NCBI GenBank assembly: GCA_964016885.1
Contig: OZ024745.1
Location: forward strand, 95,914,001-95,978,000
From: Eledone cirrhosa
Taxonomy: Eukaryota
Reading direction: 5' to 3'
DNA length: 64,000 nucleotides
A program made the translations under genes and the position numbers. Each line of letters opens with the position of its first letter. The stretch's first letter is position 1. A model generated the notes under the pieces. It saw only the letters and a program-made list of their open reading frames with translations, was not told the origin of the DNA and did not search any database. Positions 27,401 to 41,190 of this stretch are shown here, in pieces.

Positions 27401-30400
27401 GACAGTCGTGCAGAGAGGTGATATAGGCGTGCAGACAGACAGACAGTCGTGCAGAGAGGTGATATAGGCGTGCAGACAGACATAACTGATAATTTGGTTA
27501 CGCTAATGTTTTTCTCTGCGTTGCAGTGTTTACATTTTCGATCTTTGTTAATAAATAACCAGTGCAGTTTTTATCCCCAGCAACCTCTTTTGTTATAACA
27601 TTCGGGTTATCGTTATGTTTTCTTAACTTCATAAGGCATATTGTTGGTTGAGGGAATATTAATCAAAAACACCACATGCAAGTCTGCACAGTAGACACTA
27701 CAGTTTTTAAGCCAAGAAAGAAACTTAACATTGTATACACGAACAGTTGTCGAGCCAGCAAAATATTGACCTGCAAAATTCATCAGTTCGAACACTAAGC
27801 TTCCGTTTTGCTTCATTTCCATTTAAAAGCATTTTAAAACAATATTTTTACTTGAAAACAAGTCTATTTAAAGACTACGTAAAACAAGCAAATATTTCGC
27901 CGTTAGGCGTGCAGACAGACAGTCGTGCAGAGAGGTGATATACGCGTGCAGACAGAGAGTCGTGCAGAGAGGTGATATAGGCGTGCAGACAGATAGTCGT
28001 GCAGAGAGGTGATATAGGCGTGCAGACAGACAGTCGTGCAGAGAGGTGATATAGGCGTGCAGACAGACAGTCGTGCAGAGAGGTGATATAGGCGTGCAGA
28101 CAGACATAACTGATAATTTGGTTACGCTAATGTTTTTCTCTGCGTTGCAGTGTTTACATTTTCGATCTTTGTTAATAAATAACCAGTGCAGTTTTTATCC
28201 CCAGCAACCTCTTTTGTTATAACATTCGGGTTATCGTTATGTTTTCTTAACTTCATAAGGCATATTGTTGGTTGAGGGAATATTAATCAAAAACACCACA
28301 TGCAAGTCTGCACAGTAGACACTACAGTTTTTAAGCCAAGAAAGAAACTTAACATTGTATACACGAACAGTTGTCGAGCCAGCAAAATATTGACCTGCAA
28401 AATTCATCAGTTCGAACACTAAGCTTCCGTTTTGCTTCATTTCCATTTAAAAGCATTTTAAAACAATATTTTTACTTGAAAACAAGTCTATTTAAAGACT
28501 ACGTAAAACAAGCAAATATTTCGTCGTTAGGCGTGCAGACAGACAGTCGTGCAGACAGACAGTCGTGCAGAGAGGTGATATACGCGTGCAGACAGAGAGT
28601 CGTGCAGAGAGGTGATATAGGCGTGCAGACAGATAGTCGTGCAGAGAGGTGATATAGGCGTGCAGACAGACAGTCGTGCAGAGAGGTGATATAGGCGTGC
28701 AGACAGACAGACAGTCGTGCAGAGAGGTGATATAGGCGTGCAGACAGACATAACTGATAATTTGGTTACGCTAATGTTTTTCTCTGCGTTGCAGTGTTTA
28801 CATTTTCGATCTTTGTTAATAAATAACCAGTGCAGTTTTTATCCCCAGCAACCTCTTTTGTTATAACATTCGGGTTATCGTTATGTTTTCTTAACTTCAT
28901 AAGGCATATTGTTGGTTGAGGGAATATTAATCAAAAACACCACATGCAAGTCTGCACAGTAGACACTACAGTTTTTAAGCCAAGAAAGAAACTTAACATT
29001 GTATACACGAACAGTTGTCGAGCCAGCAAAATATTGACCTGCAAAATTCATCAGTTCGAACACTAAGCTTCCGTTTTGCTTCATTTCCATTTAAAAGCAT
29101 TTTAAAACAATATTTTTACTTGAAAACAAGTCTATTTAAAGACTACGTAAAACAAGCAAATATTTCGTCGTTAGGCGTGCAGACAGACAGTCGTGCAGAC
29201 AGACAGTCGTGCAGAGAGGTGATATACGCGTGCAGACAGATAGTCGGGCAGAGAGGTGATATAGGCGTGCAGACAGATAGTCGTGCAGAGAGGTGATATA
29301 GGCGTGCAGACAGACAGTCGTGCAGAGAGGTGATATAGGCGTGCAGACAGACAGTCGTGCAGAGAGGTGATATAGGCGTGCAGACAGACATAACTGATAA
29401 TTTGGTTACGCTAATGTTTTTCTCTGCGTTGCAGTGTTTACATTTTCGATCTTTGTTAATAAATAACCAGTGCAGTTTCTATCCCCAGCATCCTCTTTTG
29501 TTATAACATTCGGGTTATCGTTATGTTTTCTTAACTTCATAAGGCATATTGTTGGTTGAGGGAATATTAATCAAAAACACCACATGCAAGTCTGCACAGT
29601 AGACACTACAGTTTTTAAGCCAAGAAAGAAACTTAACATTGTATACACGAACAGTTGTCGAGCCAGCAAAATATTGACCTGCAAAATTCATCAGTTCGAA
29701 CACTAAGCTTCCGTTTTGCTTCATTTCCATTTAAAAGCATTTTAAAACAATATTTTTACTTGAAAACAAGTCTATTTAAAGACTACGTAAAACAAGCAAA
29801 TATTTCGCCGTTAGGCGTGCAGACAGACAGTCGTGCAGACAGACAGTCGTGCAGAGAGGTGATATACGCGTGCAGACAGAGAGTCGTGCAGAGAGGTGAT
29901 ATAGGCGTGCAGACAGATAGTCGTGCAGAGAGGTGATATAGGCGTGCAGACAGACAGTCGTGCAGAGAGGTGATATAGGCGTGCAGACAGACAGACAGTC
30001 GTGCAGAGAGGTGATATAGGCGTGCAGACAGACATAACTGATAATTTGGTTACGCTAATGTTTTTCTCTGCGTTGCAGTGTTTACATTTTCGATCTTTGT
30101 TAATAAATAACCAGTGCAGTTTTTATCCCCAGCAACCTCTTTTGTTATAACATTCGGGTTATCGTTATGTTTTCTTAACTTCATAAGGCATATTGTTGGT
30201 TGAGGGAATATTAATCAAAAACACCACATGCAAGTCTGCACAGTAGACACTACAGTTTTTAAGCCAAGAAAGAAACTTAACATTGTATACACGAACAGTT
30301 GTCGAGCCAGCAAAATATTGACCTGCAAAATTCATCAGTTCGAACACTAAGCTTCCGTTTTGCTTCATTTCCATTTAAAAGCATTTTAAAACAATATTTT

Positions 30401-33400
30401 TACTTGAAAACAAGTCTATTTAAAGACTACGTAAAACAAGCAAATATTTCGTCGTTAGGCGTGCAGACAGACAGTCGTGCAGACAGACAGTCGTGCAGAG
30501 AGGTGATATACGCGTGCAGACAGAGAGTCGTGCAGAGAGGTGATATAGGCGTGCAGACAGATAGTCGTGCAGAGAGGTGATATAGGCGTGCAGACAGACA
30601 GTCGTGCAGAGAGGTGATATAGGCGTGCAGACAGACAGACAGTCGTGCAGAGAGGTGATATAGGCGTGCAGACAGACATAACTGATAATTTGGTTACGCT
30701 AATGTTTTTCTCTGCGTTGCAGTGTTTACATTTTCGATCTTTGTTAATAAATAACCAGTGCAGTTTTTATCCCCAGCAACCTCTTTTGTTATAACATTCG
30801 GGTTATCGTTATGTTTTCTTAACTTCATAAGGCATATTGTTGGTTGAGGGAATATTAATCAAAAACACCACATGCAAGTCTGCACAGTAGACACTACAGT
30901 TTTTAAGCCAAGAAAGAAACTTAACATTGTATACACGAACAGTTGTCGAGCCAGCAAAATATTGACCTGCAAAATTCATCAGTTCGAACACTAAGCTTCC
31001 GTTTTGCTTCATTTCCATTTAAAAGCATTTTAAAACAATATTTTTACTTGAAAACAAGTCTATTTAAAGACTACGTAAAACAAGCAAATATTTCGCCGTT
31101 AGGCGTGCAGACAGACAGTCGTGCAGACAGACAGTCGTGCAGAGAGGTGATATACGCGTGCAGACAGAGAGTCGTGCAGAGAGGTGATATAGGCGTGCAG
31201 ACAGATAGTCGTGCAGAGAGGTGATATAGGCGTGCAGACAGACAGTCGTGCAGAGAGGTGATATAGGCGTGCAGACAGACAGTCGTGCAGAGAGGTGATA
31301 TAGGCGTGCAGACAGACATAACTGATAATTTGGTTACGCTAATGTTTTTCTCTGCGTTGCAGTGTTTACATTTTCGATCTTTGTTAATAAATAACCAGTG
31401 CAGTTTTTATCCCCAGCAACCTCTTTTGTTATAACATTCGGGTTATCGTTATGTTTTCTTAACTTCATAAGGCATATTGTTGGTTGAGGGAATATTAATC
31501 AAAAACACCACATGCAAGTCTGCACAGTAGACACTACAGTTTTTAAGCCAAGAAAGAAACTTAACATTGTATACACGAACAGTTGTCGAGCCAGCAAAAT
31601 ATTGACCTGCAAAATTCATCAGTTCGAACACTAAGCTTCCGTTTTGCTTCATTTCCATTTAAAAGCATTTTAAAACAATATTTTTACTTGAAAACAAGTC
31701 TATTTAAAGACTACGTAAAACAAGCAAATATTTCGTCGTTAGGCGTGCAGACAGACAGTCGTGCAGACAGACAGTCGTGCAGAGAGGTGATATACGCGTG
31801 CAGACAGAGAGTCGTGCAGAGAGGTGATATAGGCGTGCAGACAGATAGTCGTGCAGAGAGGTGATATAGGCGTGCAGACAGACAGTCGTGCAGAGAGGTG
31901 ATATAGGCGTGCAGACAGACAGACAGTCGTGCAGAGAGGTGATATAGGCGTGCAGACAGACATAACTGATAATTTGGTTACGCTAATGTTTTTCTCTGCG
32001 TTGCAGTGTTTACATTTTCGATCTTTGTTAATAAATAACCAGTGCAGTTTTTATCCCCAGCAACCTCTTTTGTTATAACATTCGGGTTATCGTTATGTTT
32101 TCTTAACTTCATAAGGCATATTGTTGGTTGAGGGAATATTAATCAAAAACACCACATGCAAGTCTGCACAGTAGACACTACAGTTTTTAAGCCAAGAAAG
32201 AAACTTAACATTGTATACACGAACAGTTGTCGAGCCAGCAAAATATTGACCTGCAAAATTCATCAGTTCGAACACTAAGCTTCCGTTTTGCTTCATTTCC
32301 ATTTAAAAGCATTTTAAAACAATATTTTTACTTGAAAACAAGTCTATTTAAAGACTACGTAAAACAAGCAAATATTTCGCCGTTAGGCGTGCAGACAGAC
32401 AGTCGTGCAGACAGACAGTCGTGCAGAGAGGTGATATACGCGTGCAGACAGAGAGTCGTGCAGAGAGGTGATATAGGCGTGCAGACAGATAGTCGTGCAG
32501 AGAGGTGATATAGGCGTGCAGACAGACAGTCGTGCAGAGAGGTGATATAGGCGTGCAGACAGACAGTCGTGCAGAGAGGTGATATAGGCGTGCAGACAGA
32601 CATAACTGATCATTTGGTTACGCTAATGTTTTTCTCTGCGTAGCAGTGTTTACATTTTCGATCTTTGTTAATAAATAACCAGTGCAGTTTTTATCCCCAG
32701 CAATCTCTTTTGTTATAACATTCGGGTTATCGTTATGTTTTCTTAACTTCATAAGGCATATTGTTGGTTGAGGGAATATTAATCAAAAACACCACATGCA
32801 AGTCTGCACAGTAGACACTACAGTTTTTAAGCCAAGAAAGAAACTTAACATTGTATACACGAACAGTTGTCGAGCCAGCAAAATATTGACCTGCAAAATT
32901 CATCAGTTCGAACACTAAGCTTCCGTTTTGCTTCATTTCCATTTAAAAGCATTTTAAAACAATATTTTTACTTGAAAACAAGTCTATTTAAAGACTACGT
33001 AAAACAAGCAAATATTTCGTCGTTAGGCGTGCAGACAGACAGTCGTGCAGACAGACAGTCGTGCAGAGAGGTGATATACGCGTGCAGACAGAGAGTCGTG
33101 CAGAGAGGTGATATAGGCGTGCAGACAGACAGTCGTGCAGAGAGGTGATATAGGCGTGCAGACAGACAGTCGTGCAGAGAGGTGATATAGGCGTGCAGAC
33201 AGACAGTCGTGCAGAGAGGTGATATAGGCGTGCAGACAGACATAACTGATAATTTGGTTACGCTAATGTTTTTCTCTGCGTTGCAGTGTTTACATTTTCG
33301 ATCTTTGTTAATAAATAACCAGTGCAGTTCCTATCCCCAGCATCCTCTTTTGTTATAACATTCGGGTTATCGTTATGTTTTCTTAACTTCATAAGGCATA

Positions 33401-33547
33401 TTGTTGGTTGAGGGAATATTAATCAAAAACACCACATGCAAGTCTGCACAGTAGACACTACAGTTTTTAAGCCAAGAAAGAAACTTAACATTGTAACTAT
33501 TACACAGCTACTGAGCGACCCCGAGCAACGCCGGGCTTTACTGCTAG
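24468..33547 (+). mobile_element. Non-autonomous Helitron with internal tandem array
   Basis: A|TCTATATATATAAAA 5' end; subterminal hairpin CCCGAGCAACGCCGGG (~33520-33535) then CTGCTAG|T; inserted between A and T with no TSD; no RepHel ORF. Confidence 0.88.
24734..33495. repeat. Tandem array of ~640-644-bp units (2 partial + 12 full), each containing a 37-bp minisatellite
   Basis: Unit ORF starts at 25819, 26463, 27103, 27747, 28371, 29015, 29655, 30299, 30943, 31583, 32227, 32867; 37-mer ggcgtgcagacagacagtcgtgcagagaggtgatata. Confidence 0.97.
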
Positions 33548-35940
33548 TATTTGATAAGATTGTCATGCCAATCAAAACCGGTTATATTTAATGCCACATT
33601 TAACATATAAATTACTACAAACATCTTGAATATAATTAAATAGTATAATTATTTTTTAAAATATCAGCATTATTACTTGATATTATTTCAGCTTTTCTGA
33701 TTATAAAAATCACCAGCATTTGTAAATCAATGGAAGAAAGGGTTAAGTCTTAGTGTATAATTTATAGATAATAACTGAAGCTGTAAATTATAGCACAAGA
33801 ATGTAGTTTTATTCTCTCACACAATTTATGTTTAGTGAAAGCAATGTAATAGTAATAATCATCTTCCAAACCCTGGTGACTAATCACAACCTTAAGCTAT
33901 ATACATGATATTGATCAACAGAGAACTTAAAAACTATGTTTTGGTGAAATAAATATATTTTATGTTGCTAATAGAATTGACTAAAACATTTACTTCGTGT
34001 TCACTATTTTTATTGTCAAACCCAATACATAAATAAAACTTTAAAAGAGTAGGAAAAAGACATTCAAGTTAAAAAACTATTATGATAAACACAAAACTAT
34101 ATTCTTATTCAATGAATAGAGATAGAATGATGAAGAAAACAACACAAAGCTAAAGAAATTGCAGAAGTCTCCTTTCTTTCTACTGAAATCAAATTATAGT
34201 TCTTTTCGAGTAGAAAAACCCAACAAACAATTGCAATTTATAAAAAACTTTACCTTCAGCTGTGTTGTTGATGTCATCCAATAATCTGTGTATAAATAGT
34301 TCCAGTATTGGTCATTTTCTCTTAAAATATTTGACATAACATTTCTTGGAGTAGAAATAGATGAAACAACTAAAATCCTTGAAATTCCCATCATCATCAT
34401 CATCATCATCATCAGTATGATTATTAGTTTTGCCTTGGTTGAAGTATTAGAACATGGGATGAGATGCCTTCCAATGTTTATTCCAGCTCTCTCTCTTCCC
34501 TGAGTTCAAATCTTGTTAAGTTCATCTTTGCCTTTCCTCTTTCTAGGGTTGATAAATCAATTACCAGTCTAGAACAGTGGCTTAGTGGAATCATTAGAAC
34601 ATAGGATAGGTTACCTTGTGGTATTTCCTTTGGCTCTTTTCAAAACCATCTGTAACCACTTTGGGTGGTAGATTTAATCAGTCACCAAGTTTAATGCCAC
34701 CACATAGCTCTTGGGTGCCTTTAGTGGTGTCTATTGTGTTGCAAGCATTTGGACCAAATCTTTAGTTTATGTATACTCCACCCCCCTCCCATTCTTCCTA
34801 TCAGTCTTGAAGGTCACTGAAAAGGGTCATGGGCTCTGATTTCCCCCTGACTAAGTAATAATGAAGATGTAAATAGAATAAATAATTCACAAAACAAATG
34901 AGTGATTCTCAGTGGACCAAGTATATAATTTAGACCTTACCGAGTCTTTATATTTAAGAGCAAGAATGAGTGATGGAAGGAGAAGTTTAATGCCTGTTGA
35001 TTTTAAGTCCAAAACACAGGTTGTTTTTGTTCCATTACTAGTGTTAAATTGTATTCATAACAAAGCCATTTCTTTCTCAGAGACCTAGTCCATTTAACTG
35101 TAAACAGGCCCTGTCAGCAAAAACAATGTTTCAGGGATGCTATGAAACTCTTCCATAACAAAAACATACTATGATGAAGTGATGTTCAATTAAAAAAAAT
35201 GTTTAAACTGCTTACATTTCCTGCATATTGGGATAAAGTGATTTAACACACCATGGCACATCGAAGAATGAGAAACAAAGAAAATATATTATTTTCGACG
35301 TATCCTCCTCCTCCTCCTCATCATCATCCTCATCCCTATCTTCCTCCTCCTCATCATCATCATCATCATCCCTGTCCTCCTCATTGTCATCAGCAGTATC
35401 ATCATCATCATCATCATCATCCTGACCATCACCACAAAGACTAATGATATTCACTCATGTGTACAGAAGTGTAGAAATATACAGACTTTATATTTTGACA
35501 GGACAGCAGCATGAAAGGTTCTTGGTTTCAGCTCAAACAACTTAAGATTAGTTGACTTGAAGAAGGACTTTAACTGAATTCCATGTTTTGAACTCATGAA
35601 TTAATAAGAGGCAGAAGATTAGCATATTGAATTAGTTCAGAGAATGTATGAGGTTACTTAACATTAGATCTGTTTGCTCTGGGAAAACTTTAATATATAA
35701 TTATATTCCTGTTAAGTCTTCATTTGCTTATCTCCACCTCCTGCCAAGGGACTGCATCGGATCTCATTGTATTTGATACACTCTACCGTCACCCCCTAGT
35801 AATTACTCCTTTTCTCTCAAGTCCTTTATTATTGACATCCAATGCATTCTCTTACCATTACCCAGCTCTGTTACTATCAATTACTTACTCTATTGCTTCC
35901 CAATACACATGCAGCTGCCATCATTTTTCACTTTTATTAA

Positions 35941-36149
35941 CCTTTTAGCATTTACATTACTCTATATTTATTATAATATTTTCATTGCAAATACTTTACC
36001 TCACATAATATCGAATCTATGAGGTTTTTGATATTATTTATTTTGAGAACAATACCTTAACATCAGTATGAGCAGCTGGTTACAACCAGTTTGAACAGAA
36101 AGAGGTGTGAGAATTCTGGCCAGATATGGCCAGTTTTAATGCTAATGGG
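35941..36149 (+). mobile_element. piggyBac-type MITE
   Basis: TTAA|ccttttagcatt ... aatgctaatggg|TTAA; homologous to 21149-21359. Confidence 0.85.
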
Positions 36150-36459
36150 TTAATCCATTCTGTACTTTCCATTACTCAATCCTCTCTCATATCCTTTTTC
36201 TGGATCTTGTCATCATTCTCTTCTGTATTCACCCACTTGATTCTATTGCCTTTCTCTCATGGAGACAGCATCAAATAGTGTGGACCCTTTAATTTTACAG
36301 TGTACAAGGACATAAAACAATGATGATGATGTGGCCACCAATAGTCTGTTCACAAGTATCTTTCTTTCTGATCCTCAAGAAACATCCATTCTTTTGAATT
36401 TTTAAGACTGTTACATAAAAGTTGCAGCTGTATTGATGGTGGTTGTAGTAGAAATGGTT

Positions 36460-36650
36460 ATAATTGTTTCTACTTTAGGCACAAGGCCAGCAATTATCCA
36501 GTGCATTACTGGTACTTTATTTTATCGACCCCGTAAGGATGAAAGGCAAAGTAAACCTCGGCGGGATTTGAACTCAGATCGTAAAGGGACGTAACTATGC
36601 TGGAAAGCATGGCGTCAAACCCTCTACCGATACTGCCAATCCACCACCCT
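36460..36650 (-). mobile_element. SINE family A with TSD
   Basis: Consensus match; flanking repeat agaaatggttataat. Confidence 0.92.
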
Positions 36651-36897
36651 AGAAATGGTTATAATATCTGCTGGAAGTTATAGTGAAAATCATTAATTAT
36701 TGATTTACTGTGACACCATATAAGTTTAAGTTATATCTGAGGTTGTAAAGAGATGTAATGCTGTTAGAGATATAAAATATTCCGATGCTACAACATCTAA
36801 TTAAGGTTTGTTTTCAAATCTTCAATGAACAAAAAAATTTATTTGCAAACAGAAATTAAATTAAAATTACTTAAATTAATTAAATATAAAGAAATTG

Positions 36898-37085
36898 TGG
36901 TGGATTGATTGGCAGTATCGGTAGAGGGTCGGACGCCATGCTTTCCAGCATAGTTACGTCCTTTTATGATCTGAGTTCAAATCCCGCCGAGGTTGACTTT
37001 GCCTTTCATCCTTACGGGGTCGATAAAATAAAGTACCAGTAATGCACTGGGTAATTGCTGGCCTTGTGCCTAAAGTAGAAACAGT
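36898..37085 (+). mobile_element. SINE family A
   Basis: tggcagtatcgg ... gagttcaaatcccgcc ... ccttgtgcctaaagtagaaac. Confidence 0.92.
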
Positions 37086-37407
37086 TAATGTTTCTAAATA
37101 CAAAAATAGAACAATGAAAATAAACTGCATAAGAAACTATAATAAGAGTGAGATTTTGGAAGACATACCAATATAATTTCATTACTATTAATATAGCAAT
37201 AAAAGTATAACCTAATCTATTAACAATTATATTGTTTACTATGAAAGAAGTAAGAGTAATTGGGAAGACTTCCACAGTATTTTGAAATAGTTTTTCATTG
37301 ATTTCAATAATTCTGATTTTTCATCTAAAGGGGTATTTTACCTGATTTTCTAAGCTGTGTTCTTAGCTAACTTCCTGCATTAAAGATTGTCTACATACAT
37401 TTTCTAA

Positions 37408-37454
<47 letters not shown>

Positions 37455-37459
37455 GTGGT

Positions 37460-39950
37460 TATACTTAATTTGTTGGGATTCAACAAGCTTAAAAATAAAA
37501 AATAAAAATGTGCCAATTAACCATAACTATAATTATAATTATAATAGGAAACCTTGCACTAACTCGAAAATCAAAAGAAGAAATAGAACTAGAAATATAT
37601 TATGGTTCGCTCCCCCTTTCTCATTAAGTATTAAAACTCCAATAGCTAAACTATTTTTTAAAGCTCTAGATAATACTCAATCTTTAATAGACATACTATT
37701 AAACTATCATATTCTACTACTATGAATTTAGCGCAGAATATTAATAGAATTAATAATAGAAACTTAAAACCTAACCAGAATAGCATTAATACTCTAGCAA
37801 TATCCAATATAATGTTACGGCTCCCAATAATATAAATTCCGATAAATGTAATTGTAGAAATAAATATAACTGTCCTCTAAATAATAACTGCTTAGTTAAA
37901 AATATAGTATAGAATTGTAATGTCAAAACCAAAGATAATTCCTTCAACTATGTCGGCTCTACTTCGACAGACTTCAAATCTCGTTTCAATAACCATAAAT
38001 GTTCCTTTACCAATATTACCAAAAAATCTTCAGCTTCTCTATCCAACTTATTATGGAATTTAAAATCCAAGAATATAAACTACTCTTTATCTTGGAATAT
38101 TGTCTCCATAGCACCATCTTACACAGCTCTATCCAAATTTTGTAGCCTTTGCGTAGAGGAAATATTCTTTATACTAAAATCTAAGAACTCTATTAATTTG
38201 CGGAATAATTTATTTAGTTCTTCTAAACATCGGTTAAACTCAACTTTTAGATATATATATAAAATGTAATATATGTTTATTCTACCTTACATAACGTTTT
38301 CTACATCCAAACACCTATAATCTCTTCCCTCAGATTATATATATCAATATAATTCTAACCTTCCAAAATATATAAAGTACACTTATTAATTTTAATTTAC
38401 TCATTCTAAAAATTTCCTTCAAAACACCTCCTGGAAATTTTTGTAAAACTTATGATTAAATTTCTGAAAGTTTTTTTTTAAAGATACGAAAAACCACTAT
38501 TTTCATATCTTCCATTACTCCTACATCTTCCAATATTCTAAACATGTTTAATACTTATGTATTTTCATATATATCCAATTATTTATATTATTTTTAATAC
38601 TTATGTATTTTCATATATATCCAATCATTTATATTATTTATATATATGTGGAATAATTATGTCTTATATTTTAATTATATTTTAAGATGAATTTTTATAA
38701 CTTCTTATAACTTTCGTAGTGATTTTTATCTATCCTTGGAGTCATTTGGGTTTTTAAAAAATCCCTTTTAACATCCTTTAAACTTCCTTATTCTTTTTAT
38801 AATCTTAATTTTTATAGTCTTAATTTATAGTCGAAATTGTAAATTGTTTTAATATATACTCCTAATTAAGTAATTTTTCCTTTCTTAACTCTCGTAAATC
38901 TTCATAAATATTTGGTGTCTAAGATTTGACTTACAACTATTAATAAACTCTGGTTAAATATAATTTTGCCAAACTTACTTTAATCAATTAAACTATACTT
39001 GATTTTTTCCAATGCAAAATACTATACATTCAAATAATTTATAACCTATAACATAAAATACCCATCTAAACCTATATAGTATTAATACATCTTAATAAAT
39101 TTTTTAAATACTTCTTTTTGTAATATATCTTATTGTAATTAATTAAATTTTAATTAAATTTTAATTAAATTTCTGGTTAAATTTAAACTAAATTATAACA
39201 ATATTCTTTTGTAAAGATTTTTTATCATTAATTTAATTTTTTAACTTTACCTTTATAAATAATACAAACATAGCCTAATGAACGATATATTTACATTCTG
39301 ACTACTCATCCATGTAAAATTTATTTCTTCGCTCACTTCGCCCCTCTTTCTCTTTCTTCTCTCCCCCTCTCACTACTCTTTCTTTCAATATTCTTTTCTC
39401 TCTCCCTCTCAATACTTTTTCCTTTTTCTCTCCATCTCAATATTTGTTCTTTCCTTCTCTCTCTCTCTCAATAATATGTCTTTTCTCTTTTTTCTTCTAT
39501 CTCTCTTTCTTTCTCTTTCTATTCTCTCTCCCTCTCAATTTTTTCTCTTTATCTCTCTCCCTCTCAATTTTTTGTCTCTCTCCCTTTTACATCTATTTTG
39601 TCTCTCTCCCCTTTACATCTATTTTGTCTCTCTCCTTTTTACATCTATTTTGTCTCTCTCCCTTTTACATCTATTTTCTTCCAACAGTTTAATTTAAATA
39701 AACCGTTGCTTTTTTCAATTTTTCTCACACTCATTTGCATACTCACTCACAACTTTGTATCACCCTCAATTATCTCCACTATCCAGCAAATTTCAACCGT
39801 TGAGGTTGTCTTTTTTCCGGGTATGTCAATATTTATTTATAAAATAAATCTGTATTTTATCTGATGAAAGCGCACCATAATTTACCTTGGTTGCCCTTGA
39901 AATATATATAATAAAATAATTATGGTTTTATAAATATAGTTTCCATTTAT
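37460..39950 (+). mobile_element. Penelope-like element (Neptune-type) 3' fragment: GIY-YIG endonuclease remnant + long 3'UTR with hammerhead
   Basis: RNILWFAPPFS; manual translation from 37847: CNCRNKYNCPLNNNCLVKNIV*...YVGSTSTDFKSRFNNHK...LSWNIV...CSLCVEE; flanked by (TA)n. Confidence 0.85.
39853..39918 (+). ncRNA. Minimal type I hammerhead ribozyme
   Basis: tattttat-CTGATGA-aagcgcacc...ggttgccctt-GAAA-tatata-TA-ataaaata: 8-bp helix I, imperfect helix II, palindromic helix III. Confidence 0.75.
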
Positions 39951-39952
39951 TA

Positions 39953-40056
<104 letters not shown>

Positions 40057-40147
40057 AATTCAATACAGATCGAACCTTCAGCTGATCAATAGCAAGACGC
40101 ATGTCACTACTCAATAAACGTAATGAAGACATAACAAATCGTCCTTT

Positions 40148-40340
40148 GGTGGATTGGCAGTATCGGTAGAGGGTCAGACGCCATGCTTTGCAGCACAGTT
40201 ACGTCCCTTTACGGACTGAGTTCAAAACCCGCCGAGGTTAACTTTGCCTTTCATCCTTAAGGGGTCGATAAAATAAAGTACCAGTAATACACTGGGATAA
40301 TTGCTGGCCTTGTGCCAAAAGTAGAAACAATTATTATTAT
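40148..40340 (+). mobile_element. SINE family A
   Basis: Full consensus with (ATT)n tail. Confidence 0.92.
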
Positions 40341-40341
40341 A

Positions 40342-40384
<43 letters not shown>

Positions 40385-40745
40385 TAGACCTGAAAAATGT
40401 GCAAGCTCAAAAGAGCCACAGAATGTTATAATAAACCTTCAAAAGTGTGGGACTAGAGTTGTTACTCAAAAATATTGTAATCATTATCTATCGTACACTC
40501 TGTGACATCCTTTTATAAAAAAGAGACTTATAACGAACTCAAGACGACACGCTAATTATTTAAGCTAATGTTCAATATCTCATATTAGATGTTTAGTAAT
40601 GATTAATACGAAATGCACTTAAACCGAATTCTATATTATAAATTCACTTTAGATATTACCTTTTAAAAAATGATTAATCATTTTTTAAAAGGTGTGATTA
40701 CACACTTTACAAAATATCCCCTGTGTTTATTTTAAATATATATAT

Positions 40746-40815
40746 GGGGCGGTGCCCCAGCATGGCCTCAGCCGGATGGCTGAAACAGGTAAAAGAGTAA
40801 AAGAGTAAAAGAGTA
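40746..40815 (+). mobile_element. Retroposon 3'-end fragment with (GTAAAAGA)n tail
   Basis: ggcggtgccccagcatggcc...ctgaaacaggtaaaagagtaaaagagtaaaagag, inserted in TA and interrupting the direct repeat. Confidence 0.6.
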
Positions 40816-41095
40816 TATGTCAATCAATTTCTAGTTGATATAAAAGGCTCGGATCTATTCATTGGAATGTTTGAGCTTATTCTACGGTGAATATGGCGCA
40901 TGTCTCGGACATGACTCCCTTAATTTAATTTAATTAAATTAATTTTGGATATATACACGGCTGCTATTTATAGCTGTCGATCACACTATTCACGCCACTG
41001 GGATGAAGCTAGCATGTTGTTAGAAGTTTTAGAATTGCAACACATGCGATGGGTCACTCGCAGATTTGCATTTGATGTGTAAACGCAATTAGTTA

Positions 41096-41190
41096 AATCT
41101 TCTCCCTTGCTGAAGATCCGTTTGACGACTGTGACTTTACGGATTAATGGTGAAATATTTTTCTTTAATGAAATATATACAAGGAAGATT
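41096..41190 (+). ncRNA. Type I hammerhead ribozyme motif
   Basis: aatcttc..ccttg-CTGAAGA-(tccgt..acgga plus second stem)-GAAA-tata-TA-caaggaagatt. Confidence 0.6.

Larger units (their letters stand above)
23755..33594. mobile_element. Older inverted-repeat element (~170-bp arms) whose right arm is split by the Helitron
   Basis: 23821-23925 matches the reverse complement of ~24363-24467; 23755-23801 matches the reverse complement of 33548-33594. Confidence 0.75.

Noticed and set aside
24734-33495. CRISPR-like appearance of the 37-bp repeats, and the repeated 69-93 aa ORFs
   Set aside because: Repeats are contiguous with no unique spacers, there are no cas genes and the context is eukaryotic. 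The ORFs have no recognisable domain and simply recur with the unit.
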